NCBI RefSeq assembly: GCF_000328665.1
Contig: NC_019972.1
Coordinates: forward strand, 62,001-126,000
Source of the DNA: Methanomethylovorans hollandica DSM 15978
GTDB taxonomy: Archaea > Halobacteriota > Methanosarcinia > Methanosarcinales > Methanosarcinaceae
Direction: 5' to 3'
Length of the DNA: 64,000 nt
The notes below the pieces were generated by a model. That model saw nothing but the letters and a program-made list of their open reading frames with translations, was not told the DNA's origin and did not search any database. A program made the position numbers and the translations under genes. Numbering within the stretch: position 1 is the stretch's first letter; every line of letters begins with the position of its first letter. Below, one piece after another: positions 49,056 through 60,739 of this stretch.

Positions 49056-50560
49056 TCACAAGGAGTTTAAATTGAATCTCATTCTATTTATATTATTCAG
49101 TTGGTTTCGTTTTTCCTTTTCATACATGAGGATATATTTCTATGATAAAAGGGTAGATCTCTAGTGGAGTTTCTGGGCTTGAATAATCCAGATAAAAATT
49201 GATCAAAAAATAGATTCATGTAACTAAAGCAGGGAACTACGAAGTCTTTAGTTTCCTGGACGAAATAGGCTCATAGAAAAAGTATCTAAACTGCCCTATC
49301 ATGTAAACAGTAAATGTGTGAAAAAGCCCATTTGCAACATAGCTATAGCTTAAAGAAGGGACATTTTCATTTAATCCAATTTATTTATATTCTGCACTGA
49401 GTTTTTAAGTTTGTAAATTTACAAATTTTGAAACAACGATTATTCTAATTGAACTGCCTTATAAGCTCTGTCTTTCCCACTCTTCTCTTTCCTGTTATCA
49501 ATAAAAAATAGGAACTGTTCTAATTAAGCAGTCGCGTGAGTGCCAGTTCTTTTTCTCTGTTGTAGAATTGCATAATCATTACTTTTGTAATCATTTGTTA
49601 GATCTAGGTGATCTCTGAGAAAGCTAGGTATGTAATTGAATCGGTTCTGCATGAATTCCAGCAAAGACAAGTGGTTAATTTCTTATGAATTTCATTATGG
49701 ATCAAGGGACCTCTGAATAATACGAATCCAGATCATACTGATCATGTTCTGTAATTTCATTAATCAAACTCAAGAGACCAGTATCAGAAAGTATAATTTG
49801 CTCATATATCATTCAGACAGATAGCAAAACTAGTCTCATAAAGATTAAACGGTCGATTAAAAGTTTACTTCTTCATAGGTACGTTTTCTGAATAGAAGCG
49901 CAATAGCAATCACTATTATTCGAGCATTGCATGATCTTTTTATTTCGACCAGTGCCTGCTATCTCCGGAAAAGACCGCAGACATAATCGAAAAGATTAAT
50001 GCTAGGTTATCTATCCCAGCCACGGGATAAGTCCCGGCGTGAGAGAATGCTTCCCTGTGAGACATGTGCACACGGAAGAAATATCACTGAAGGGCACATC
50101 CGTGTAAATGTAAAGACCTCGGCTAAAGATGAGGTCATGGACAAGATCGAACAGCAGAAAAGGTGTGGGCAGCTAGTGTTCGGGGATTATGTGCAATGTA
50201 AAAATGTGAGTGCTACAAAATATAAAGGTAGTTAGTAAAAATATGACTCCTTTACATCAAATTGTTTTGAACTGTAATTTTGAATAATAAGAAGAACTGA
50301 CTATAATAGATAGATTGTGCCCTTTCAAAAGTACACTTTTAAAAGCATGTACTATAAATCAAAAGAGTGACTGAATTTTATAATAATAATGCATTGCCAT
50401 ACTTCTCCATTAATTTGAAGGGTAAATCTACTTTTAACTATTTATAGATAGCAAATTTATATATAATAAAAGCAATAGTGTTTTAAACGATAGTACTTCT
50501 AAACTAAATTCTCATTAACATTATTGGATACTACTTAGAACTGCAAAGGAAACATAAATC

Positions 50561-53500
50561 ATGTTATTAGATAACAGGACAAACGGGAAAGTTGGTGAAG
50601 AACTTCGAAAACACATTGAAAAAGGCTCCCATTTGTCAGTAGTATCAGGGCTTTTCTCTATATTTGGTTATTCTGAGCTTAAAAAAGAACTAGAAAAAAT
50701 CGACCATTTTCGTTTTCTTCTTCCACAAAATTCAGTTGAACTTAAAAATCAAAAAGTGAATGATTTTTTTATAAAAGGACTTACTGGCTCAGAAATGGAA
50801 AGAAAATTTCGTAATAATCTGAATATTTCACAGATTGCACATGAGTGTGCCATATGGTTAACTAAAAAAGCAGAGATCAGGACATCAGCTACTCTGATTC
50901 CGCAAAGCCTTTATCATATTACGAAACCCAATGGAGAGGAAATAGCCATACATGGTAGTTCTCCTTTTTCAGCGGAAGGCTTTGGATTCACTCCTTCTGA
51001 TTCTTTTGATATCACCTTCTGTTTTACTACAGGAGAAGAAACCAAGAATCTTCTAAAGTGGTTTGATTCAATTTGGAACAATCAACAGAATACTAATGAT
51101 ATAAAGAGTATTCTTATTACACAACTTGAAAAAATATATTCTGATAAATCACCATCGTTCATTTATTTTATTGTTCTTTTCAATGTGTTCAAAGAATATC
51201 TTGGAGAAATTAAGGAAGAAAATATAATAAAAACAAAAACCGGAATAAAGGATACACTGATATGGAACAAACTTTATAGATTTCAACGTGATGGTGTTCT
51301 TGGAGCAATCGATAAAATTGAAAGATATAACGGTTGCATAATTGCAGATAGTGTTGGACTTGGAAAAACATTTGAAGCTCTTGCTATCATAAAATATTAT
51401 GAATTGAGAAACGATCGAGTTCTTGTACTTTGCCCAAAGAAGTTACGTGAAAATTGGACACTTTATACTGTCAATGACAAGCGTAATATTCTGGCAGCTG
51501 ATCGTTTTAATTATGATGTGTTGAACCACACCGATCTTACTCGCTCCAAAGGTTATTCTGGCGAGATAAATCTTGAAACAATTAATTGGGGTAATTATGA
51601 TCTAGTTGTGATCGATGAATCACATAATTTTAGGAATAATCCACCGCGTAAGGATGGACTTACCCGTTATTCTAGATTGATGGCCGAAATAATAAAAGCA
51701 GGAGTCAGAACAAAAGTTCTGATGCTTTCTGCAACACCAGTAAACAATCGCATGAATGACCTAAAGAACCAGGTTCTTTTTATCACAGAAGGAGTAGATC
51801 ATGCTCTTGAGCCTCAGGGTATTATAAGTATAGAACAAACTCTTAAAATGGCACAGGCACGTTTTAATCAGTGGTTGAAACTTAAAGAAGCAGACCGTAC
51901 CACTGAATCATTGCTTGATACTCTGAATTTCGACTACTTCAAGCTTCTAGACCTGCTCACCATTGCACGCTCTAGGAAGCATATTGAAAAATACTACGAT
52001 GTTGCTGAGATTGGCAGGTTTCCTATACGCGCAAAACCCATCAATATCAAAGCTTATATTGACACAGAAAACAGGTTTCCTGCCCTCGGAGAAATAAACC
52101 GTGATATCCGGAGGCTGAATCTGAGTGCATATGCACCTTTAAAATATGTTCTTCCTCAGTATATGGATAAATACAGCCGCAAATATGATATGAAACTTGC
52201 TGGTGGATCTGTTTTTAAGCAAATCGATCGTGAGGAAAGCCTCATACATCTCATGCGTGTCAATCTTTTGAAACGTATGGAAAGTTCAATCAATTCTTTT
52301 TCACTTACCGTGGAAAAACTGCTATCTGAAGTTCGTCGTATAATAGAACTTCTTGATTCTCATGATGATTTGGAATTCAAAGAGCTGGATATTGAAGAGA
52401 TAGAGATAGAAAATGAGGAGTTCTCACTTTATGCTGTCGGGAATAAAGTAAAGGTTCTCATACAAGATGTGGACCGTATACGCTGGAAACAGGAGCTTCA
52501 GGAAGATGAAGAACTGTTGCAAAAGGTGCTTTTTGCGGCTAAGCAGATAGACCCTAACAGGGATGCTAAACTCTTGCAGTTAAAAGATCTGATAAATAAA
52601 AAAGTATCTGACCCTATAAACGAGAATAACCATAAGATCATCATCTTTACGGCTTTTGCTGACACTGCAAGGTATCTCTACAACAATGTTGCCGATTGGT
52701 CAAAGACCTCATTAGGTCTTCATTGTGCAATAGTCACAGGAACTGGTGATAATAAAACAACTATGCCAGGAATACGCAAGGATATGGCATCTATAATTAC
52801 TTCTTTTTCACCTATTTCGAAAGAGAGAAGTCTAATTAGCCCCGAACTTTCGGATGAGATTGATATTCTAATTGCTACAGATTGTATCTCTGAGGGTCAG
52901 AACCTGCAGGATTGTGATTTCTTAGTTAATTATGACATCCATTGGAATCCAGTACGTATAATACAGAGATTTGGGCGTATCGATCGTCTTGGCTCAAAGA
53001 ACGAAGTGATACAGCTTGTCAACTTCTGGCCGAATATGGAGCTTGACGAATATATAAATCTTGAAGCAAGGGTTTCAGGAAGGATGGTACTTCTTGATAT
53101 CTCTGCAACCGGTGAAGAGAACGTTATCGAGTATTCAGATGCTGGTAAAATGAACGATCTTGAATACCGTCGTAAACAGCTAGAAAGGCTTCAGGAAGAG
53201 GTTGTTGATATTGAGGATCTGGGTGGGGGTATCTCTATCACTGATCTCACGTTCAATGATTTTAGAATGGACCTTGCTGAATATATGAAGATAAATTCAA
53301 GAGTCCTTGAGCACATGTATCCTGGAATGTTCTCTGTGGTCAGCTTGGATGATATAGGTGAGGAAGGGCTGAAGCCTGGTGTGATATTTTGTATGCGTAA
53401 TGAGAACAATGCAATTAAAACTGACAGTACTTATGCATTATCACCTATTTACCTCGTATATGTTTCTGATAATGGTGAAGTGTTATTGAACTTCACACAT

Positions 53501-53791
53501 GCAAAAAGGATACTGGACCTTTTCAAGAAGATCTCTATTAACAGATCGATACCAGATAGAACTGCTGTTTCATTGTTCAATGGCTATACACACAATGGAA
53601 CCAATATGAGCCATTATAGGAATTTATTTGGGAAGGCTGTTGCAGCAATCACTGGCAAAGCAGAGGAGTATGGTGTTGAGAGTCTTTTCCACAGGGGAGG
53701 GACCGTGATCAACAAGGATTCTTTCAAGGGTATTGATGATTTTGAGGTAATTGCTTATTTGATAATACTTGATAAGGAGGTTTTAAAATGA
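50561..53791 (+). CDS. SNF2-type helicase with degenerate PLD-like N-domain
   Basis: IADSVGLGKT, DESH, LSATP, SEGQNLQ, QRFGRIDR. Confidence 0.9.
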   Translation: MLLDNRTNGKVGEELRKHIEKGSHLSVVSGLFSIFGYSELKKELEKIDHFRFLLPQNSVELKNQKVNDFFIKGLTGSEMERKFRNNLNISQIAHECAIWLTKKAEIRTSATLIPQSLYHITKPNGEEIAIHGSSPFSAEGFGFTPSDSFDITFCFTTGEETKNLLKWFDSIWNNQQNTNDIKSILITQLEKIYSDKSPSFIYFIVLFNVFKEYLGEIKEENIIKTKTGIKDTLIWNKLYRFQRDGVLGAIDKIERYNGCIIADSVGLGKTFEALAIIKYYELRNDRVLVLCPKKLRENWTLYTVNDKRNILAADRFNYDVLNHTDLTRSKGYSGEINLETINWGNYDLVVIDESHNFRNNPPRKDGLTRYSRLMAEIIKAGVRTKVLMLSATPVNNRMNDLKNQVLFITEGVDHALEPQGIISIEQTLKMAQARFNQWLKLKEADRTTESLLDTLNFDYFKLLDLLTIARSRKHIEKYYDVAEIGRFPIRAKPINIKAYIDTENRFPALGEINRDIRRLNLSAYAPLKYVLPQYMDKYSRKYDMKLAGGSVFKQIDREESLIHLMRVNLLKRMESSINSFSLTVEKLLSEVRRIIELLDSHDDLEFKELDIEEIEIENEEFSLYAVGNKVKVLIQDVDRIRWKQELQEDEELLQKVLFAAKQIDPNRDAKLLQLKDLINKKVSDPINENNHKIIIFTAFADTARYLYNNVADWSKTSLGLHCAIVTGTGDNKTTMPGIRKDMASIITSFSPISKERSLISPELSDEIDILIATDCISEGQNLQDCDFLVNYDIHWNPVRIIQRFGRIDRLGSKNEVIQLVNFWPNMELDEYINLEARVSGRMVLLDISATGEENVIEYSDAGKMNDLEYRRKQLERLQEEVVDIEDLGGGISITDLTFNDFRMDLAEYMKINSRVLEHMYPGMFSVVSLDDIGEEGLKPGVIFCMRNENNAIKTDSTYALSPIYLVYVSDNGEVLLNFTHAKRILDLFKKISINRSIPDRTAVSLFNGYTHNGTNMSHYRNLFGKAVAAITGKAEEYGVESLFHRGGTVINKDSFKGIDDFEVIAYLIILDKEVLK

Positions 53792-54606
53792 ATGATATAC
53801 TGGTTAGTATGATTGACCTTCCTGAATCTGCTTATCTGGGTAAGCGGGTATCAAAGAAACTTTTTTTTGATAATGGTGCACTTACAACAGCTGATAAAAA
53901 GCTCTTTCAGGATGATGTAGAATCGATTGTGTGGCAATATGGTCTTAAACCTAATAACATTCAAGTAAAACCATATACTGATGAACAAAGAGAATATCTT
54001 GAAGTGGCTATACTGGATATAGTGCTACGTTCACCGAAAAGCTATAAACGATTGGCTGAGGTGATCCATCGAACAATACCCTATCCTTTATTATTGGTAT
54101 TTTCTCTAAATCAGGTTGCTTCTACACAAGATTTGCAAGTGGAAGATGATCTGGAGTCACGTTTTATAAGCAATGGATCAAAAATATCGTTAAGTGTAGC
54201 TCCTAAAAGATTCAGTTTGGCAGAAAAAGGAGCAATAGTGGCTGAAGAGTTCTTCACAACTGAATGGATGGACATGGAATCACTAACTGACATCGAACGG
54301 TTGTTCCTTGAGAATCTGAACATCAAAGATCTTCCACATACTGATTTCTTTGACTTGTATGATGCACTTATCGACCGTTTCATTGCATTTGATTGTGCTT
54401 CTTTCAGCGGTGAATTCCGGCTTAATGGCAAACATGACCCTGAAATGCTACGGGAGCAACTTGCTATGTGTCACGAACTCAAAGGAAAGATATCTGACAT
54501 GCGTAAAAAGTTGAGTTCTGAAACGCAATTCAATAACAAACTTGAAATTAACATGAAAATAAAACAAATGGAGACGCAATTAAAGGCTATATCAATAGGA
54601 CTTTGA
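53788..54606 (+). CDS. DUF4391 family protein
   Basis: GKRVSKKLF, IHRTIPYP, ETQFNNKLEIN; lies between the helicase and mod. Confidence 0.85.
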   Translation: MNDILVSMIDLPESAYLGKRVSKKLFFDNGALTTADKKLFQDDVESIVWQYGLKPNNIQVKPYTDEQREYLEVAILDIVLRSPKSYKRLAEVIHRTIPYPLLLVFSLNQVASTQDLQVEDDLESRFISNGSKISLSVAPKRFSLAEKGAIVAEEFFTTEWMDMESLTDIERLFLENLNIKDLPHTDFFDLYDALIDRFIAFDCASFSGEFRLNGKHDPEMLREQLAMCHELKGKISDMRKKLSSETQFNNKLEINMKIKQMETQLKAISIGL

Positions 54607-54621
54607 TGGAGGAAATAGAGG

Positions 54622-54772
54622 ATGCAAAAACTTGACGCAAAAACAGATGGTAAAAGCATGGATGTTGTTGAAGGTATTGTCAAATGAAGGAAGAATTGCA
54701 GCCTGAGACAGTGCGGGTCGTGTTCAAGGATTCGGGATTCAAAGGAGACATGCAAGACTAACTTCACAGTAG
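54622..54772 (+). pseudogene. collapsed remnant of a paralogous mod-res pair
   Basis: Three abutting pieces matching the mod start, mod end (57418-57507) and res start (57667-57689). Confidence 0.8.
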
Positions 54773-54863
54773 TACTGCTCAAATATGAATATTAGATAAA
54801 ACTTGAGCATAACAGAGAATTTTTTCAAAAGCAGTACCATACATTAACACCTAGAGTGATTTG

Positions 54864-55601
54864 ATGGAGATAAAAGAATATAGAGTCCCTTTCAATGGGA
54901 AGATATTTCGCAGTATTGAATTTAATTTTAGAAATAATCCATCCGATAAGTTGACATTGGATAGTTTAATTGAAAAGGGTATAATTTTGGCTAAAAAAGT
55001 AAATCCAATACTTGCACGCGATTCAAGCTTAGCTAGAGATAATAATATGAAAATAAAGGATTGTATAGGAGGAGCTATTGCTGAATATTGTTGGAGAACT
55101 TGGCTAAATCAGTATTTCGAATTAAATAGGATAGATATGAAAGCACAAGAAACTTCTTTTGAAAATGCTAAAAACCAAATTGATATCCAAATTATTAATA
55201 ACAGAGGAGATATTAAAACCGTTGAAGTACGTTCATCTTTTGCCTATAAAGGTGTGGATGCTGCAATTAGTCATAATTTTAAAATTTTGGGACCATATTA
55301 TAACGAAATTAAAAAATATGAATATACAAAAGACTATCATGTTATGGTTGTTTATTCATTTTCTAAAGATTTATTAAAATCACAATTGGAATCTGGTGAT
55401 TTCAAAGTATACCTGGTAGGAGGCGCAACTCGAATTTTATTGCAAAATTCACCTTTTGCTTTCAATCGCGATTTAGCTCCTCAGGACGACATTACGGAAA
55501 GATTAAACCAGCGTGCTACTTACAGGGTCATCGAACCAATTGCGAATGGCTATGACACTATTAAAATTTCTGAATTAATCGCAAGTATGAGTCAATTATA
55601 A
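54864..55601 (+). CDS. putative restriction-endonuclease-fold protein
   Basis: GAIAE..QIDI..VEVRSS pattern; AT-rich. Confidence 0.55.
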   Translation: MEIKEYRVPFNGKIFRSIEFNFRNNPSDKLTLDSLIEKGIILAKKVNPILARDSSLARDNNMKIKDCIGGAIAEYCWRTWLNQYFELNRIDMKAQETSFENAKNQIDIQIINNRGDIKTVEVRSSFAYKGVDAAISHNFKILGPYYNEIKKYEYTKDYHVMVVYSFSKDLLKSQLESGDFKVYLVGGATRILLQNSPFAFNRDLAPQDDITERLNQRATYRVIEPIANGYDTIKISELIASMSQL

Positions 55602-55681
55602 TTCTATTTTGTAGAACTCAAAAAGAATACTCGGAGAACTAATTATAGGATATATCTACAGCATATGAATGGAGGATACTA

Positions 55682-57574
55682 ATGATTCAAAAACTTGATT
55701 TAAAAATAGACAATAAAAGCATGAACATTGTTTCTGCAAATATAGAACAATTAAAGTATATCTTTCCGGAGGTGTTCACTGACGGAAAAATAGACTTTGA
55801 TGTACTTAAAGCGCTACTTGGTGAATACATAGAAGACCGTGACGAGCGTTATGGTTTCAACTGGAATGGAAAGAGCAAAGCTCGTATGATCTCCCAGACT
55901 CCAAGCATAGGAACACTGCGCCCATGTCCTGCCGAGTCTATTGAATGGGATACCACTCAAAACCTCTTCATAGAAGGTGATAATCTCGAAATTCTTAAAC
56001 TTCTCCAGAAGTCCTACTACAAAAAGGTCAAGATGATATTTATAGATCCTCCTTACAATACCGGTAACGAGTTTATTTATCCTGACAAGTATCAAGATAA
56101 TCTCTCTACTTATCTCCACTACACCGGTCAGATAGACAATGAAGGTTTCAAATTCTCTACCAACTCCGAGACTTCAGGACGCTATCATACTAACTGGCTG
56201 AATATGATGTACCCACGTATGAAACTAGCAAAGAATTTGCTGAAGGATGATGGTGTGATTTTCATTTCTATTGATGATAATGAAGTTGCAAATTTGAGAA
56301 ATATTTGCGATGAGATTTTTGGTGAGGAGAATTTTGTTGCAAAAATCCCATGGAGAAAGAGAACTGCAAAATCTGATGTACCATTTGGTGTTTCACAAGA
56401 TTATGAATGGATATTATGTTATGCAAAAACCGATCAATTCAAAGCATCAAAAAAAGGATCACCAAGGAAATATTACGAATCGCCCGATTTTCCAAATAAA
56501 CCGTGGCGCATACATGATATGACAAAACAAACAAGTGCAAGTGAAAGGCCTAATAGTTATTTTACAATGGTAAATCCAAAAACTGGTGAAGAATATCCTG
56601 CAAATCCTAATAATGTATGGAGAATTACGAAGGATACATTCCAGAAATATTATGAAGAAAGTAGAATTATATTCCCTGGCGATTATGCATTTTTAAAAAT
56701 CTCAAACCCCGTACTAAGATATTTTAAAGAAGATGACCAAAAAAACGCTGGTGACTTGTTTGGATTTGTACCTTTAAGTACTCACTTACCAACAACTGTT
56801 GGTATGACCCAAGACGGAACAAAAGAAATGAATCAATTATTTCAGAGTAAGAATTTTCCATTTCCAAAACCTGTTAATTTGATTAAATATTTCATTGAAT
56901 GTGTCAGCGCAATCGATAAATCTGCTATAATCTTTGACTTCTTCGCCGGTTCCTGTACCACAGCCCATGCAGTCCTGGACCTTAACAAAGAGGATGGGGG
57001 CAATCGCAAGTTTATCATGGTACAGCTTCCAGAGCCTTGTGATAAGGATTCTGAAGCATCCAAGGCAGGTTATAAGACAATAGCCGAGATTGGAAAAGAG
57101 CGTATTCGCCGTGCTATTAAGAAAATCAAAGAGGAATCTCCTGATTACAAAGGGGACCTTGGGTTCAAGGTATTCAAGCTGGATTCTACCAACATCAAGC
57201 CGTGGGATGTGGATGAGGATAACCTGCAAACTATACTTGAGGATTATATAAGTAACATCAAGGACGGACGCAGTGAACATGATGTGCTTTATGAGATCTT
57301 GCTTAAGTATGGGCTGGACCTAACGCTACCTGTAGAGGAAAGAAAAATTGCAGGAAAGAATGTGTTTGTGATAGGAGCAGGAGCACTTATCATTTGTCTG
57401 GATGATGACATTACTTTGGATGTTGTTGAAGGTATTGTCAAGTTGAAGGAAGAATTGCAGCCTGAGATTGTGCGGGTCGTGTTCAAGGACTTGGGATTCA
57501 AGGGCGATGTTGTTAAGACTAATACTCTGCAAATACTGAAGCTCGCAGGTATCGATGATGTGAAGAGCATATGA
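55682..57574 (+). CDS. mod: type III RM methyltransferase Mod
   Basis: IEGDNLE, IDPPY, DFFAGSCTTA (beta-class order). Confidence 0.95.
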   Translation: MIQKLDLKIDNKSMNIVSANIEQLKYIFPEVFTDGKIDFDVLKALLGEYIEDRDERYGFNWNGKSKARMISQTPSIGTLRPCPAESIEWDTTQNLFIEGDNLEILKLLQKSYYKKVKMIFIDPPYNTGNEFIYPDKYQDNLSTYLHYTGQIDNEGFKFSTNSETSGRYHTNWLNMMYPRMKLAKNLLKDDGVIFISIDDNEVANLRNICDEIFGEENFVAKIPWRKRTAKSDVPFGVSQDYEWILCYAKTDQFKASKKGSPRKYYESPDFPNKPWRIHDMTKQTSASERPNSYFTMVNPKTGEEYPANPNNVWRITKDTFQKYYEESRIIFPGDYAFLKISNPVLRYFKEDDQKNAGDLFGFVPLSTHLPTTVGMTQDGTKEMNQLFQSKNFPFPKPVNLIKYFIECVSAIDKSAIIFDFFAGSCTTAHAVLDLNKEDGGNRKFIMVQLPEPCDKDSEASKAGYKTIAEIGKERIRRAIKKIKEESPDYKGDLGFKVFKLDSTNIKPWDVDEDNLQTILEDYISNIKDGRSEHDVLYEILLKYGLDLTLPVEERKIAGKNVFVIGAGALIICLDDDITLDVVEGIVKLKEELQPEIVRVVFKDLGFKGDVVKTNTLQILKLAGIDDVKSI

Positions 57575-57583
57575 GGTGTTCAC

Positions 57584-60500
57584 ATGAAGATACATTTTGA
57601 TCCGAACCTGGATTTTCAGCATGAAGCTATTAGTGCGATAACAGGTATCTTTGAAGGTCAGGAAATATGCAAGACAAACTTCACAGTAGCACCTTTGAAG
57701 TATGACCCTCAGATGAAACTGCCCAACGAACCACAGAAAGATCTTGGAATAGGCAATCGACTTCTATTGTTAGAAGAAGATATCCACAATAATGTAAGAT
57801 CCATTCAGTTACGTAATGGTCTGGCTCCTTCGGAGTCTCTAAAATCGTTTGATTTTTCAGTGGAAATGGAAACAGGAACCGGGAAGACCTATGTATATCT
57901 ACGCACGATCTTTGAACTGAACAAACTTTATGGCTTCACAAAATTCATTATCGTGGTCCCATCCGTGGCGATCAAGGAAGGTGTCTACAAATCTCTGCAA
58001 ATTACTGAAGAACATTTCAAGGCACTCTATGATAACGTAGCCTTTGACTATTTTGTGTATGACTCTCAAAAACTTGGACAAGTACGTAATTTTGCTACCA
58101 GTGATACTATACAGATAATGGTCATAAATATCGATGCTTTCAGGAAGAGCTTCAGTGATCCTGAAAAAGAGGATAAGGCAAACATAATTCATCGTCCTCA
58201 TGACCGCATGACCGGTTCACGTCCTATTGAGTTCATTCAAGCCACAGATCCTATTGTCATAGTTGATGAACCGCAAAGTGTGGACAGAACTCAAAAGAGT
58301 AAGGAAGCAATAGCTTCCCTTAACCCACTGTGCACATTGCGTTACTCAGCAACACACGTTGATAAACACCACATGGTCTATAAGCTGGATTCAGTGGATG
58401 CTTACGAGAGAAAGCTCGTCAAACAGATAGAGGTAGCCGGAATAGAGGTTCAGGACAGTCACAATAAAGCTTACATCAAACTGCTAAAAGTGGATAACAC
58501 AAAAGGAAAGATCAATGCCCAGATAGAACTGGATATCCAGCAGAAAGATGGCTCTGTAAAGCGTACAAACAAGACAGTTCATCAGGGGGATGACTTACTT
58601 GAGATATCCAATGGGCGCAGTGTCTATGATGGATATATCATCAACGATATCTATTGTGAAAAAGGAAATGAATATATTGACTTCACAAGCAAGCCAGAAA
58701 TTCTTCGCTTAGAGCAGATAGTCGGTAATGTTAATCCTGATGAATATAAACTCCTGCAGATCAGAAAGACCATAGAAGAGCATCTCGAAAAAGAATTGCG
58801 TTTGACATCTAAAGGCATTAAAGTACTGAGTCTTTTCTTTATAGACCGCGTGGCTAACTATCGATCCTACGATGAACACGGTAACCCTGAAAAGGGTAAA
58901 TTTGCTAAGATGTTCGAAGAAGAATACATCAAGACGATCAGTAAACCTAAATTTAGAGCTCTTCTTAATGGAAATGATCCGGAAGTAGCCTGTCAGGGCG
59001 TACATAATGGTTATTTTGCCATTGATAAGAAGAAAGATTCTTCTGGAAATGAAATACTCAAGGATTCGTCAGGTGAAGGAAAGACCCAGGCCGATGAAAA
59101 TGCATATCAATTGATAATGCGTGATAAGGAAAAACTACTTAGCTTTGATTCTAAATTAAAATTCATCTTTTCACATTCAGCTCTTAAGGAAGGATGGGAT
59201 AATCCGAACGTCTTCCAGATATGCACCCTCAACGAAACGCAGTCTGCCATGAAAAAGCGACAGGAGATAGGACGTGGGTTACGCATTGCAGTGAATCAGA
59301 ATGGTGAGCGTGTCCATGGTTTTGAAGTTAATACACTCACAATCATGGCTAATGAGTCCTATGAAAAGTTTGCTGAAGCCCTCCAGAAAGAAATAGAAGA
59401 GGAAGAAGGAATCAAATTTGGAGTAGTTGAAAAACATTTGTTTGCAAACATAATAATCCCAGCTGAGACCAATACAGTAACTCATCTTGGATTCGAGGCA
59501 TCTGAACAGATATGGCAACATTTGAAATCCAAAGGTTACATTGATGTGAAAGGCAAGGTGCAGAATAAGCTGATTTCGGATCTGAAAACCGGTAGTCTTG
59601 ATATACCGGAGAAATTCAAGGACAATGCAGACAAGATAGGTACAGCATTGAAGAAAGTAGCCGGGAATTTGAACATCAAGAATGCAGCTGATAAGAAAAA
59701 GATTAGTCTGAAACGTGCTGTCCTTGACAGCCAGGAATTCAAGGAATTGTGGGACCGCATTAAGTACAAAACCACTTTTAGGGTAGATTTTGATTCTGAC
59801 AAGCTCATTCAAATATGTGCTGAGGAAATAAAAAAATCTCTCAGTGTTGGAAAAGCACGCTTCAAATTTAGAAAAGCAAAAACAGAGATTGATAGAGGAG
59901 GAGTTCATGCAAATCTGATATCTGAAACATCTCATACGTATGAATCTAAAGATTTTGTCCTTCCAGATATCATCACGTATCTGCAGAATGAAACGAATCT
60001 GACCCGAAAAACATTGGTTCAGATACTCTTGCAAAGTGAACGGCTTTCTGAATTCAGTAACAATCCACAAAAGTTCATTGAACAAGTATCTGCTATTATA
60101 AAAAATCAAATGAGATTGTTCATTGTTGATGGTATCAAATATGAAAAGATAGGCGATGAACATTACTATGCTCAAGAGCTGTTCGAAGAGAAGGAATTGT
60201 GTGGCTATTTAAACAAGAACATGCTTCAAAGTAAAAAGTCAGTCTATGATCATGTAGTTTATGATTCAGATGTGGAAGCTGAATTTGCAAAGTCCCTTGA
60301 ACTTAATCAAGATGTAAAGGTATATGCAAAACTTCCAGACTGGTTCAAGATTGATACACCTTTAGGTAGCTATATTCCAGATTGGGCTGTACTTGTAGAT
60401 AAAGATGGACAAATGAAGCTGTATTTTGTGGTTGAAACAAAAGGAAGTATTCTTAATAATGCTCTGAGGCCCACAGAGCAAGGTAAGATTGATTGCGGTC

Positions 60501-60586
60501 GTGAGCACTTCAAAGCATTAGGTACAAATGTAGGGTTCACTGTTGCTAGCAATTATGAGTCTTTTGAAAATGAACTTTCTAAGTGA
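57584..60586 (+). CDS. res: type III RM restriction subunit Res
   Basis: METGTGKT, DEPQ, YSAT, EGWDNPN, QEIGRGLR, PDW..VETKG. Confidence 0.95.
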   Translation: MKIHFDPNLDFQHEAISAITGIFEGQEICKTNFTVAPLKYDPQMKLPNEPQKDLGIGNRLLLLEEDIHNNVRSIQLRNGLAPSESLKSFDFSVEMETGTGKTYVYLRTIFELNKLYGFTKFIIVVPSVAIKEGVYKSLQITEEHFKALYDNVAFDYFVYDSQKLGQVRNFATSDTIQIMVINIDAFRKSFSDPEKEDKANIIHRPHDRMTGSRPIEFIQATDPIVIVDEPQSVDRTQKSKEAIASLNPLCTLRYSATHVDKHHMVYKLDSVDAYERKLVKQIEVAGIEVQDSHNKAYIKLLKVDNTKGKINAQIELDIQQKDGSVKRTNKTVHQGDDLLEISNGRSVYDGYIINDIYCEKGNEYIDFTSKPEILRLEQIVGNVNPDEYKLLQIRKTIEEHLEKELRLTSKGIKVLSLFFIDRVANYRSYDEHGNPEKGKFAKMFEEEYIKTISKPKFRALLNGNDPEVACQGVHNGYFAIDKKKDSSGNEILKDSSGEGKTQADENAYQLIMRDKEKLLSFDSKLKFIFSHSALKEGWDNPNVFQICTLNETQSAMKKRQEIGRGLRIAVNQNGERVHGFEVNTLTIMANESYEKFAEALQKEIEEEEGIKFGVVEKHLFANIIIPAETNTVTHLGFEASEQIWQHLKSKGYIDVKGKVQNKLISDLKTGSLDIPEKFKDNADKIGTALKKVAGNLNIKNAADKKKISLKRAVLDSQEFKELWDRIKYKTTFRVDFDSDKLIQICAEEIKKSLSVGKARFKFRKAKTEIDRGGVHANLISETSHTYESKDFVLPDIITYLQNETNLTRKTLVQILLQSERLSEFSNNPQKFIEQVSAIIKNQMRLFIVDGIKYEKIGDEHYYAQELFEEKELCGYLNKNMLQSKKSVYDHVVYDSDVEAEFAKSLELNQDVKVYAKLPDWFKIDTPLGSYIPDWAVLVDKDGQMKLYFVVETKGSILNNALRPTEQGKIDCGREHFKALGTNVGFTVASNYESFENELSK

Positions 60587-60587
60587 A

Positions 60588-60616
60588 AGAATTGAAGTGA
60601 AAAACACTTCAATTCT
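60588..60616 (+). terminator. hairpin after res
   Basis: AGAATTGAAGTG/CACTTCAATTCT 12-bp stem, A5 loop. Confidence 0.55.
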
Positions 60617-60739
60617 CCCTCTGCTCTCATTTTCTATTTATGACTTAAATTTATCCAATTAAAAGTAATTATATAAATATATTAATATTTATCTACTATT
60701 GTTCCTATACTTCACTTATAATTCTACGGAGACACCCCA

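Noticed and set aside
49440..50235. Possible decayed gene and the 78-aa ORF 49999-50235
   Set aside because: No recognisable motif or RBS; I cannot support a call
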